From: Lingula anatina
Lineage: Eukaryota > Animalia > Brachiopoda
Length of the DNA stretch: 64,000 bases
Direction of reading: 5' to 3'
Assembly: GCA_051362555.1 (NCBI GenBank)
Contig: CM120641.1
Location: 16,926,001-16,990,000, forward strand
The position numbers were made by a program, and so were the translations under genes. How positions within the stretch are numbered: position 1 is the stretch's first letter; the number at the start of each line of letters is the position of its first letter. Of this stretch, positions 50,701 through 63,259 are shown piece after piece. The notes below the pieces were generated by a model. It was not told the DNA's origin and did not search any database. It saw only the letters and a list, made by a program, of their open reading frames with translations.

Positions 50701-53700
50701 AGTGATGATCCTGCCCAGCTGTCACAAATGGAAAAATGTACTCTCATGGAATCTCTTATCCTTATAAGGTATCATAACATTCAATACCTAGAACTGATAA
50801 GTCAATATGCAAATAATGTTTCTTGTCATCATGTACTATGTCATAGGCATGTTTTCTGAGACATGTCTGCAAAAGTGATGTTGAACTAAACTAATTAAAT
50901 AGGTGATGGATCTCATTTGAAGTATAAGTATCATGATTGTATTTGAAATTATGTTAAAATAAGTATTATGCCCCTTTGATGATTAATTAATACAAGAATT
51001 AATATTGAATTTTAAAAAGAAAATTTATCATTTGTTATATTTTCAGTAATGAGTTCAAGAACTATGACAAGCAGTCTGCATTTCTAGCTGACATCTTGGC
51101 ACCAGTAAGGGAAATGTGGCTATCACAGGATTTCAGAGAGTAAGGAACATGCATTAACATATCTTTCTATTTTTATTGATGGATTCTCAATTTTACATGT
51201 AATTCAGTTGTTCATAACAAACAAAGAGCTACACATCTTATATATTGTCTTGTTGGGAGCCTGATATTGTGACAGAGTAAATGGTATTTTCCTCAAAGAT
51301 TACGTAGTGGGGTAAACATTTTTGTGTTTTACATTTGCCAGCAGTTGTGATTTGTATTTTGTGTCTGTTGTTATCACAGTTTTTCTTTCCAAAACACTTA
51401 GCTATGGGCGGCCAAAAGGGCAAAAATTCATGTCGTCGATTCAGTTATGTTTCGTCGATTCACTGCCTTCCCATCGATTCAGTTTCAAGTTTAAACGATC
51501 CTGGCATAAATTCAACATCTACTTTCGTCAATTCAATTGTCAAACATTTCTCATCTATGGTGTATTAAAACCAATGCTGTCACTATTTTCGTCGATCGTG
51601 TAACTAATCTCGTCGATCGTCAAATTGTTTTCGTCGATCGTGTAACTATTCTCGTCGATCGTCTAATCTCGTCGATCGTGTAACTATTCTCATCGATCGT
51701 CTCATCGATCGATCGCCAGAGGGCGCTGCGGTAGCAACACGTGCTTCTGTCTGTCAATCACGCGGTAATTTTTAACTCGGCCAGCCATGGGCAGAGTTAA
51801 GCACAACTAGAAAATAATGTCCCTACAACCGAATGTCTTTTAATTATTAACAACTAAAATTGAAATTGTTGAGAAAATGTTCTTATTTCACAAGCAATCA
51901 TTTTGTTGTCTGCCATTTTGATAGTCATGTGATAGGCCAATGTGCTACCGCAGCGCCCTCTGGCGATCGATCGATGAGACGATCGACGAGAATAGACGAT
52001 CGATGAGAATAGTTACACGATCGACGAGATTAGACGATCGATGAGAATAGTTACACGATCGACGAGATTAGTTGGACGATCGACGAGATTAGACGATCGA
52101 CGAGAATAGTTACACGATCGACGAAAATAGTGACGGCATTGGTTTTAATACACCGTAGATGAGAAATGTTTGACAGTTGAATTGACGAAAGTAGATGTTG
52201 AATTTATGACAGGATCGTTTAAACTTGAAACTGAATCGATGGGAAGGCAGTGAATCGACGAAACATAACTGAATCGACGACAGGATTTTTTGCCCTTTTG
52301 GCCGCCCATACTTAGCTTTTACTTACACAACATGAGTATTTATACTGAACAAAACAAACAACAACAACATAAAAAAAAACTTTCGTTGTACAAGTCTTCT
52401 TCTTTTTCACACTTTTATGATATTATTCAGCAACCTTTTTTTCATGATAGTTAAGGTTTTATTCTCTTTATTTTTATTCTCCTTTTTAGAGCCTTTTGGT
52501 CTACAGAAAAATTCATGTCCTACATAGGAATAGACAGGGCACCAGTAGAACCCAGCTCAGCTGATACTTGTGGCATTAACAGATCACATGTAAGTTTGTA
52601 TGTTCAGACTTTGCCTCATAAAAAATGGAATTCCAGTGAATGTTCTGGCTTCTTCATGTAATGTTCTGCAATAACTGATTTCTTATGCTCATTGATTGTA
52701 GTTTTTTAACTGTCTACCCAACCCCCCTATGTAAAGTGAGTCGTACTCAGAACAGTAAGCTAAAATGTGAGCTTTGAAGTGCTTTGGGTACAAATAACAG
52801 TGTCTGGACTGTCTTTATACCAGGCTGATGAATATTATTGCTCAGGAAATATTTTCACTTTATTGTAGATTCTTTACTGCATATCCACAATCCTTGCCGT
52901 CCTAAAACGAAGCACATGTCCTGCTAAGAGTGAGGTAACAGTGATGTGTTAGGTGTGACAGTTGTGAAGATCATTGCTGAGATATTCTGCAGTGTGTCAG
53001 GTGTTACGGTGTGCAATTTGTACCAGGGCATTGTTGAAAAGTATTAATATTTAAGTGAGATATGATGTGAAAGAATGGGAGAAAAAAGTAAAGAAAACTG
53101 TGATGTTTGTTCTAGGTAACAACTCCAATGAAGCCATCAGGTGTGTTAAATAAATTGGGTTGATATCTTGGTAAAATTCAAACAAAATTGACAGTGTTGT
53201 CACTGCTTCATTAATAATATCTCAGCAAGAAGAAGCAAAAAAAGTGTTTGTGGATAATTAAGAGTGATTTATGTAAAAAATTGAAAAAATGGAAGACTTG
53301 AATTTGTAATTAAAATTCATTAATGAACTTACAACAATAACATTAGCATATAAAAGCTTACACTACATGTTTCAGGTAGCTGCCAGTGGTGGGTTTGTGT
53401 TGTGTGAGACAGCAGCAGGTGCTCCTGCTTACAGGAACCCTGCTACGGCACACATTCTACCACTGCTGGTCAACCTACTGGCCCTGCTCAGGTAAATATA
53501 TATAATATAAAATAATTATAACCCAGTATTATGTGCAACTGTGTAGGCTGACATAAAACACTGGCCATATTATTAAAGTGTCTTCTTTCATCTTTGTTAA
53601 GGCCCTAAATTTAAATTAGTAAATGATTATAATATATCAGTAGCTTAGACATATAGTTATTTTGTATCTACTTCAGGGTTTTCAATGAGCTGTGGTTCCC

Positions 53701-56700
53701 TCAGTATTCTTCAAAGCGGCATCCAGAGTTTTACAAGGCCTATGATCTGCAAGAAACGGAAAAGTTGATTTTGCTAGGTAATAAGTGATTTAAAAACACA
53801 CTCTTTGTGCTCAGTCATATTAAAATTATCTTTTATATTTGTATTGTATCTCTGCTTAAAACAGTATTCCTGTTTTAAATTCTAGTAAAAATAGTTACCT
53901 ACAGTACATGTACATCTTAAATCATGTAATATTGGATTGAGAGGATGAATGAAAGAGAAAGACAACTGACATTATTTTTCCAGGAATCCAACCACCTTTT
54001 ATAGATAATACAGATAACGCAGCCTCTAAAGATCCACTGAAGAGGATGCAGGGGTTCATCAACTCAGCACATGATAATTCGTAAGTTTGAACCATCACAT
54101 CTGTATAATCTTATTATCTGTCCCATTCCCAATTTAATATCATGTTTGAACAAATGTAATAAGGAAATAAAAATAGGGACCAAAAATGTTTAAAGTATTG
54201 AATCTATGGAATTGGTGTTTTTCGTGTGGAAGGATTTTACCATAATTTTTGTTGTCATAAATAAATATATTTGAAAAATCTCTCGTAAAAGTTTGGATAA
54301 TGTATTTAGCTACACATATTCTCCCTTTGTTACATTCTAGTGGAAGAACACATACTTACAGTATATTAATTTTTAATCCTTAATTTTCAGCTATCACATA
54401 TTGGGCAATTGCTGTAGCAGTCTTGGCTATGAATTCTACAGAATGCCTGACTTGGCACAATCTATTACAAGTCATGTCTTCCACAACTTAGAAGTTGTTC
54501 CTGATTACAGACTTAGACCCATTATTCATATCCTTTTTAACTGTGTTGGGTAAAAGAGGTGTGGTCATTGATGAGTAGTGTTTTGTAGTCGTTTTGTAGT
54601 CGAGGGAAAGGAATCAATTCAGAACAATAGTTTTGGGAGAGGTGGAGTAATGTAAGTCTTCCTGGGTAGTGTAGTTTGAAGAATGAAATGTAAAAGTAAC
54701 ATACAATATGGAATGGAATGCTCTTTTTTTGAAAATGGGGAAGATTGTTGAATATCTTGAATTAATTAATTAATTATTTGATTTAGATTTCAAAAAGTTG
54801 TGACTCTGGCATACTTTTAGCTGTATTGCAATTATATTTGTATGATATCTGGAAATGAATCTTTTGGTTCATTACATTTGCTTTTACAATTCCTTAATTG
54901 TATGTTACGTGTATTCCTGAAGCCATACATTCACTGCTGTCCAAAGGAAGAAGGGTTTTATACTGCAGCAATTATTCCTTTGCTGGAAACCTTGGCACCA
55001 TTCATGATGCAGGTAATTACATTTATGTTGATGTCTGGAAATAGTCCTTAAATTGTTGTATTTTAGGTAATCTCTTGAAAACACCACTAAGTTTCAAAAA
55101 GTAATTTAGTGCAAAATCAACACGCTTAAGGTCTGGAAATCATCTTGGTTAGCAACTTCAGAAGAAGAAAAAGAAGATTAAATCTGCGATGTGTAAACGT
55201 GCTTTGCTCCACTGCAAGTAAAGCGGCACTGCACTTAAAGCAGTAAAAATTTTTTTTTCTTTATAAGAGATTAGAAGAGAGATGGCACACTATTCACCAA
55301 AGAGCTGAAGAACAGTAAGTAGGATATTTATTCACAGATTTCAGTCTTCACATCATCCAATATTTAGTTTTTCAATTTTTTTTCTCACATGAAAAATTCT
55401 TTCTGGCATGAATCAAACTGACATTTTATAAATTTGGTTAGTTTTGACATTCTGCATTAATAAATGATTGGAATTTTTGTGAGTAATAACCATTGTTCAT
55501 TAATCCTTGGTAATTTTGTTACCATCTATTTGATATTCAGAGGTGTCATAATCTTCTTTCATTAGTTGAATTTGTGCCCATTTTATGTATCTTCATGATG
55601 TTGTGATGGAGAAATATGTTGATCATGAAAAGGCGTGAACCTCTGAAGTTTTTTCACCAGACAGGAGGAAGATGACAACCCCGAGTCCCAAGAGGTGGTG
55701 GAGGACCAGCTGACCAGACAGTTGACTAGAGAATATATAGATCTGATAGGTAGGCCAGTATTATTATTGTTATTTATTTATTTATTTAACAATCACAACG
55801 ACCTGATGATGGATCAAACTTGTTATTGCGCGCTGCTCCCTCTTGTGGTCTGGGCTGTGCACTTCTGATCGACATGCTGTCCTTGTGCAGGAACACCTGC
55901 ATCATATATTAAGCATTATCTGCTCCCCATTGAAAGTTGGCTGCTGCTTTGGCTTTATAGTACTCTCGGTTGTATTTTAGGAAGTTGGCCCATATGCACT
56001 ATTTTTATGAGGTAACCAGTGTAGTCCATCATTTCTTGCTGCATATATCCTTCGTCGGTCACCATTTCTCTCATGATCTTAAGACTTGCCTCCATATACT
56101 GCAGGGGCATTACAGCTTCTAGTTTTGGTTTTGTCTCGGGCAGGAAAAATTCTAAGTCGCCTAATTTAACTTTTGATTTAGTTTGTTGAAACTGGGTGAT
56201 ATAGTCACGAATGTTTCTACACTTGTTGTCATTGTTGGTTGCGGCTGTGGCAAAAGGGTCAAAAACGTTTGAAGACTTACCCTGTTCTGGCTTAGGTGCA
56301 TCTTTGGCTAAAATGGAGAGCAGATTCGTGACATCCAGAGGTTGCTTTGAAGCTTTTTGATCGTGCGTTCCTGATGATATGGACTGGGGTTTGGTCAGTG
56401 CAGGCTCTGTGATTGGAGGTGGCTCCGCTGACTCTTTCAACTCATCAGTGGTTCCCTGTAGCAGCAACAGCTGCCCAAGGGAGAGGGATTTTCCTGAGAA
56501 TTTGCTGGTATTGGCACTGTTGAGCGTTTTAATGGCTTTCATGCTTTAGAAAGCATTCTCTTGCAGGAGAGAAAGTGTCTCATCATTCAGCTCGGCCTTC
56601 TTGGCCCACTCCACTAATTCTGTACATTTGTCCATAACTAAAAACTAGTACAAGCCAAAACCAAATTAAAATTAATTAAGCCATAAGCAGAAAGCATGCG

Positions 56701-59014
56701 GCACTGCACTGTTCAAGATGATGAAATTAAATGCGGCTGGCGCTGCCACAGGTGGCACTGCAGAGTCTCCCGCAACTTACTAGGCAGTGGGCATTGTGTG
56801 ATGCATTTAAATCAGATTAACAAAGTTAATCTCCACATATATATATATATATAGATCTGATAGGTAGGCCAGTATTATTATTTTTGAATTTATTTATTTA
56901 TTTATTTATTTGTTTTTTTTTGTTTGTTTGTTTATTTATCATCCTTTGGTTTCTTTAACACTGTGATTATACAAGTGCAAATTTCTTCAAAATATTATTG
57001 AAAGATGACATTTGCACATTTTAAATTGATTTATAATTTTTATTTTGTATAAACATAGCTTTAAAAAAAATATTTTTTTTTAAATTTAAAAGCTTGCATA
57101 TGTCTTCCCCGCCGTTTTGAACCATCTGATGATAGCACAATGGAGGAGGATGAGCCACAGACAAGCAGTAAGGAAGAGGGAGTCAGTGAGCTGGGGATGT
57201 TGGTGCTCAAATCTAGTGTAAGTGTAAGAAGTTATGGTATAGATAAGAGAAAATATTAAAAAGAACAGTCGTGATAGTTGGTGTTATTGGAACACAAATA
57301 AGTGAAGAGAATCTGATCTCAATTTTGATGAGGATAATGCATCATTAAAATCAAATTGTAATATTTGGATAATCTTTAAGCATTACAGTTATTTGAGTAT
57401 TCACTCTAATTTGATGACAGCACACTGTCTACAACTCATTAAGTGTTTATAAAAATTGCACCAAATCAGAAAAAGTGGATTTTAATGAAGCATTTAAGTC
57501 ATCAATTGTCATTTTCAGGCAATCTGGTCCCAGGTGGTGCTGTGTGTTTTCACAGGTCTGACATGGCGTGACACTAATACCTGCAACAAGTGTATCAATT
57601 GTGCATGGCCATTACTAAAACAGGTGACACATTTAAGTTTGTAATTTAGATTATTTATTATTTATAGAGATTGTTTAATTGTAAAAAAGCTACTTAATTC
57701 TTCTTAACAATTAAGAATAATTCTTGAAAAATATACTTCATTATGATATTAAGTCATGAGTATTTGAATGTTTTTATCATCATTTTGGATGGGATCAAGG
57801 ATTTTTTTCAAATACTTACAGAATGAATGTCTTCACTGAACATAAGTGAGAGTAGTGCCAATTTCCTTTTACTTTTGGTTGTTTTCAATTTCAACAACTT
57901 TTAATGTCATATCCAAGTTTATTTTGCAATCTCTTTAATGTTCCTTTTTATTTGTGTATTTTATTCAACATTTGGTTTATTTCAGTTGGTGGGAGATAAG
58001 ACTTTATCAGGGGAAGATGCTAAGTTTCTGTTCCACAGAGTCTTAACTGCTTTGCAGATCCATGGTGAGCATGAAGCTTGTCAGTCACACTTGATAGGCT
58101 TAGGGCTCCAGGCATATGAAGCATTGGTGAGTCACACCAGACATAATCAGCTGTTTTTCTTACACAAGCAGCAGTCAAAACACATAGAACTCTGTCAGTG
58201 CACTTTAAATTTTCAACCAAAAAGTTAGATAAATCTGTAGTGTAACATATACCCAAGCAATATCACTTTATATTGCTGGTAATCTTTGAACTATAGCAAC
58301 TTTGTATTTGTGTTTTATTATTATTTTTTTGCTTCTTTGGAGATTGAATTAATATTTGTTCATACTATTTGATGTCTATTAGAGGCCATCTTATCCTGGT
58401 GTCACCAGCATATTGGAACAAGTGCCCCAGGTCACTCCAGAGTCAATAAAGGTAAGTGGATAGATGCAGAATAGTGTTAATGACAGTTTTTCTGTAATGA
58501 AACTTGATGTATTGATAGTTTAACATTTCCTTTAATGTGTGCCACATGTATTGAACAAGATGTTGCTAGGTTGTAAAAAAAATTCCTTTTGCAGGACTTT
58601 GATGATAAATTTCTGTCAAATACAAAGCAAAAACAAGCAAGCGAAAAAAGGAAGAAAGATGCCTTTAAAAAGCTAGTGTCTGGAATAATTGGGGTAAGTT
58701 TGTGAATAACTATCCAAATTAAATAGTGGAACTAAGAGAAGCTGAAAATTCGTAATATTGTTTAAGTGATTAAACTTTCAAAAGTTGGCAGATCATTGTT
58801 TCATAAATAAATATATATGAATTTGATTTATGATTTTGAAAGTTTAAAATGACATGAAATGGACATTACATTTCAGCAAAATATTGGCCAGCAGTTTAGA
58901 AAGGACACAAACATAAAGAATCTACCGCCTGTTTTTAAGAGAAAGAAGCCCTCACCTCCAAGTCCAGAGGGCCTGGCTGCGTTGTTTAATCCAGAAAAAC
59001 AGAATGGCCAATGA
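41764..59014 (+). CDS. XPO5: Exportin-5, about 32 coding exons (e.g. 41764-41865, 44505-44626, 45112-45184, 45396-45533, 54391-54527, 54909-55012, 58877-59014)
   Basis: Spliced peptides MEAEILQ..AVETVMNP, LCEEFKE..CG...FGLQLIEHCVKYRWN, IVVEMVKREWPQHW, ELVLLIFLRLAEDVV, DFDCDEDFN, DPLILSCLL, PDYRLRP, GQQFRKDTNIKNLP...GLAALF match XPO5. Confidence 0.95.
42774..44262 (-). mobile_element. Non-autonomous piggyBac-like element in XPO5 intron 1
   Basis: TTAA TSD on both sides, TIR ccccatagcgcc/ggcgctatgggg, repeated subterminal tgcggttcccggc, internal array of about 58-bp repeats at 43465-43720. Confidence 0.85.
51403..52310. mobile_element. Foldback element with about 330-bp TIRs and a 6-bp TSD
   Basis: tatgggcggccaaaagggcaaaaa...tttttgcccttttggccgcccata; TSD cttagc (51397-51402 / 52311-52316); arrays of cgtcgatcg. 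Confidence 0.9.
54528..54908 (+). other. U12-type (minor spliceosome) AT-AC intron of XPO5
   Basis: 5' ATATCCTTT, branch TTCCTTAAT at 54890-54898, 3' AC; splicing restores PDYRLRPII-R-VFLKP. Confidence 0.92.
55769..56846 (-). mobile_element. Degenerate DIRS/Ngaro-like gag-type ORF fragment in an XPO5 intron
   Basis: ORF 55955-56542 (YMEASLKIMREM...DYTGYLIKI) continues out of frame as AAANFQWGAD; flanked by a 36-bp direct repeat. Confidence 0.5.
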
Positions 59015-59059
59015 CTTCCATAGCAGTATTTGTTGGATTATATATTAAAATTATGCTTA

Positions 59060-59229
59060 CAGGCCCGTAGCCAGCAATTTCAAAAGGGTGGGTTCTTTTT
59101 CTGAAAAAAGTGGACCATTTTCCATAAAAACTTCATGTACCTAGATCAAATTTTACCCAGAGTGGACCTTTTCCCAGCTAAAGGGGCGGTTCTTTCGAAC
59201 CCCCTGAACCCCCCCTGGCTACGAACCTG
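59060..59229. mobile_element. MITE in XPO5 3' region
   Basis: caggcccgtagccag ... ctggctacgaacctg imperfect TIRs. Confidence 0.55.
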
Positions 59230-60203
59230 AAGCCTTATATTGATGCTTAATGTGTGTTGGAGTGATACTTGTATAAGACTCTACATAGAGATTGTCACAC
59301 TATCCACATGAGAAGTTTCTACAAGCATAAGTGATTATATAGAGACACAATATGTGCAGTACAACAAAAGTGATTTTGCACTTGATTTCCACTGAGTACA
59401 AATACAAAAATGGAATTACTTTAAATGACTTTCTTTGCTCATGGGAATGAGTATGCATGGAATTGAACACATTTCTGTGCTTAGCTAAATGCATGTGAAT
59501 TGGGCTTGTGATTGAAAGGAGGTTAAGTGAAAGATAAAAGTCTTTTCAGTCTGGATTTCACATGCCTTTTTTTAGAAATATATTGATTATTTGCCTTTAA
59601 AACAGTCATTTAGTGTGCAACTATCTTAATTTATTTGGATATCAGTTGTGCATTCTACCACTTCAGCAGTGTTTTTCACCATCATAACCATATACAGTAA
59701 CTGTTAAATTCAGGCTCTTTTACAGGCATCCACATGGAGTTTGAAGCTTCTGCAAAAATAAGTAGCAATTAAATACATCATGAGCAATCAGGGTATACTG
59801 GTAGCAATAAACCAAATATTACAGCACCTGTGTTATGATCTTCAGAAAGTTGAAAATACTCCAAAGCAAGAATATGTCTAAAAACCGGATGGTCTCTCTC
59901 TTTCTGACATTCCTTCCCAATATTATTTCTAAGTTGATAAAATGTGATTTGTAAATATCCTGTATTGCTTCAAATGGGAGGAGTATAAAATTTGTAAGAA
60001 ATCAAAATCAGAGCCAATTTATTTATTCTTATGCTGGGAATTCGAATATGCGTTTAAAATGGAAAAAAAGTCGAATGAGAAGTATAAAATTTGTAAGAAA
60101 TCAAAATCGGAGCCAATTTATTTTTTCTTATGCTGGGAATTTGAATATGTGTTTAAAATGGAAATAGTTGAATGAAAGGCATTGGCAACGTTTCTTATAC
60201 TCG

Positions 60204-60482
60204 GGGGGCAGATCCAGAATTATTTGAAGCGGGGTCCGGATCAACAGACCTCAGATGCAAAGCCGACCATCGCCCCCTTGGTATGGGGTTTGGGGCCTGC
60301 TCAAGGGCCCCGAATATTTTTTGGTTTTCTGGAGAGCAAACAGTGTCCTTTGGTACAGTTTAGAACAATGATTTAGCTAGTCAAAATTCTAATGTCAAGA
60401 GGGGAATATTGGTGTGATATATTTTTCAGAAATCAAAGGGGGGGTCAGGACCCTCCTGGACCCCCCTCTAAATCCGCCACTG
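60204..60482. mobile_element. GC-rich MITE (ggggcagatcc ... aaatccgccactg)
   Basis: Imperfect TIRs resembling the CAGGGGCGGAT type; GC-rich island in an AT-rich context. Confidence 0.5.
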
Positions 60483-61600
60483 GTTATATTCTTCAGTAGT
60501 TAAATTTTGGCATACTAGAAAGTGGGCAATATGTAATAAATACTAAACATCAAGTAAATTAAGCATTTCAAGGGCAAGTCTTCTGATGAAGACCATTGCT
60601 TGTGATGTAGCCAATGTGAAAATTGCTGTTTGTACTTTTGCTGATAACTTACCCTTCCCATAATGTAACTGTGAATGAGTAAAATTAAATGATGCAAACT
60701 GGCTCAGTTTACTCTTTTTTATTATTTTAACAAAAACGGCAAGGGTCTATGTTGAAAAACCTCGAAAAGTGAGATTTGTCTTTTTAGTTGTATTTCTGTT
60801 AAAATAGTTAGCTTTAATAGAGTCTGAAATAATTACACTATCTGTAAAATTTTGCTTCCAAGAAGAATAAATTATTATTAAAGGCCAAAAACATTATGAA
60901 AGGAATACCAGGGACTGAATGTCGGGTATGGTGTGGATGATTATAAATTCTTATGGTACCCATAAAACAAATTCAGATTACAACAACAACTGATAATTAA
61001 AAAAAAGGAAAAATTAACGTAGGGCTTTTTGATTTGATAAAAATTTCTGCTTCTTAATTATGGAACTGATGTTATGCATCATCATTCGGTTTATAGACAT
61101 TTTTTCACAGGGGCGTGCTACTCTACAGAACAAGCTTGACGTTTCTGAGCTGACATCTTTATGATTTAAACATTATGACAACGAGTGCTTTATTTAGTTC
61201 TTCAACATTTCATGTTAGTATTCTACCTGGTATTCCTGTTTGCTGCATGATACAACAGGAGCATGTGAAACGTGAAATAAGTTTTAAAAATTTATCTACA
61301 AACAGCCAAATTGATATAGACCTCTACACTAAACAGAGCCTTACAAAACTTCAATTTGATGCAAAAAAAAAAAAAAATGGGTCACTATACCCGGAAGAAT
61401 ACATGGGTTCAGACAAGTGGAAGATGTAGCATAAAAGAAACTTAATAGTTCCACGCACGTGCTTTTGTTTACATCCGGGGATTTAAAACCGGCTTAATCC
61501 AATCATTTTGAAGAAATTCAGTCATGTGACAAAGTCGCGCCAAATGACGAAAAACGGCAGCTGCGCTATGACATGAGCGTGACCTTTGGGGATGGTAAAG

Positions 61601-63259
61601 ATGTCCACAAATTTGTCCGCTCTAACGGCCGCGCAGGCTAGCTACGAGCAAAGGTATGCATTTAATATTTCTATATCATTTCCCGTTACAAATATTCACA
61701 CCTATGTTCGTCCAGTGTACTTTGTGTTCCTAAGCTGGTGTAAAACCTTCCTGTTTAAAGAGACGCGGAGAACATGGCGCCCTCATCTTTGTTGTCGCCA
61801 TATTTTCACTTACACCTATCTGCAATTTGTTCGAAGTGCATCTCTCAAAGAACTCTGCTGCAGTTTTATTAAAGATAATATCCCACAAAAATAACATGGC
61901 AATTTGAATGCTCATGAACTTTGATGCATAGATGTCTTCGCTTAGCTTTCAAGTTTCAACAGGCTGCTTTCAAATCAGTATTTCAATTTTCATTTCTAAT
62001 TTAAAATGGATTGTGATTAAATTTGCAATAAGTCTTTAGAATGCTATTACAAACGGTTATTTTAATGAATAAATTATATTATGAAAACTTCACTGGAGAC
62101 CTTTGTTGATTCACAAACACAAAACTAATGATTTAAATTTATTTATACTATTTCAAGTACTTTTGCAGTGCCCACAGTTTTGTCATGCGTTTGTATTAAT
62201 GCATTTTTTAGTCATTAACTGAACATATCCTTGTCCTTCTCTTTAAGCATATTTAAAGGAATCACTTCCATAAAGTCATTGTTTTATATGCTCTGAAACT
62301 TGGTTTATAACTTCTTTCACTGCACTCCTAGGTTTAACTGTATAATTTGCTGGAATCCAAAGTTACGTATGGTATATGGCAGTTGTCAACATAGAGTATG
62401 TGAAGAGTGCCTTTACAATGAAGTTGGGAAAAGAAGAAGAGGTCTTTCAAGATGTCCAACCTGTCAGAGGGAAGATGCATTTCCAGTTGACAGGTGAATA
62501 ATGTCTTTGAACAAGGAATTTGTTGTATGCCTTTCTTGTGGGATTTATGTAGGAAAATTGGATTATGTTTTGATATGCAATCCAATTTAGCTTAGGCTGA
62601 AAATATGAAGCTTTTGGTTATAGAATGAAATGAAGATATTTCACTATATTAATCCATCTTTCCTTATTGTAGAAATATGTTGAGGAGATTCGGAGGCAAA
62701 TAACTTCAGATTTGTATATTGATGATGTTGACATAAGTATGGTCTGTTGCTAGTTTGATGTTTGATATATTTTATGTTATGTACAGACCTGATATACCTG
62801 AAGATAATGTGGAGATGCAAAAGAGATTAGGAGTTATACCTTGTCCAAACAGTGGGTGTGATATCCAGACATGGGAATGGGAACTTGAGGAACACTTAAG
62901 GTAGGTAGAAATCTGGTACTTGGTATATTGATATGAAAGACCAGAACAGTTGAAAAAATAATGTATATAATTGAACAGCATATAACAGGAAGTTGTATAT
63001 GCATTTGAAGTATATTTATGAAGCAATTGAAATGTAAATGACCCTCACACAATTTGATTGTATTTCCAGTCATTGTCCTTTGGCGAAACAAAAAATCAAA
63101 TCCAAGCCAGAAAGAAAAAGTCAAGTTCATAGTACCAAAAGGAATGCAGACACCAAATCAAAAGCAGCCTTGAGCAGTCATTCTACACGGACAGTCAGAC
63201 ACAGACATTCTGTACGAGTAGCAAACAGAGAACGTGCTTTGCGGACTAGGAGACACTGA
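61601..63259 (+). CDS. RING (C3HC4) plus TRAF-type zinc-finger protein, about 172 aa; exons 61601-61653, 62332-62493, 62787-62900, 63070-63259
   Basis: CIIC-x11-CQHRVCEEC...CPTC; CPNSGC...EEHLSHCP; all GT-AG introns are phase 2 and frame-consistent; alternative in-frame ATG at 61592. Confidence 0.85.

Noticed and set aside
59982-60165. About 100-bp tandem duplication downstream of XPO5
   Set aside because: Ordinary local duplication with no functional signal.
62225-62235. atatcctt resembling a U12 donor in the RING gene intron
   Set aside because: Not at an exon boundary; the gene splices consistently with GT-AG sites.
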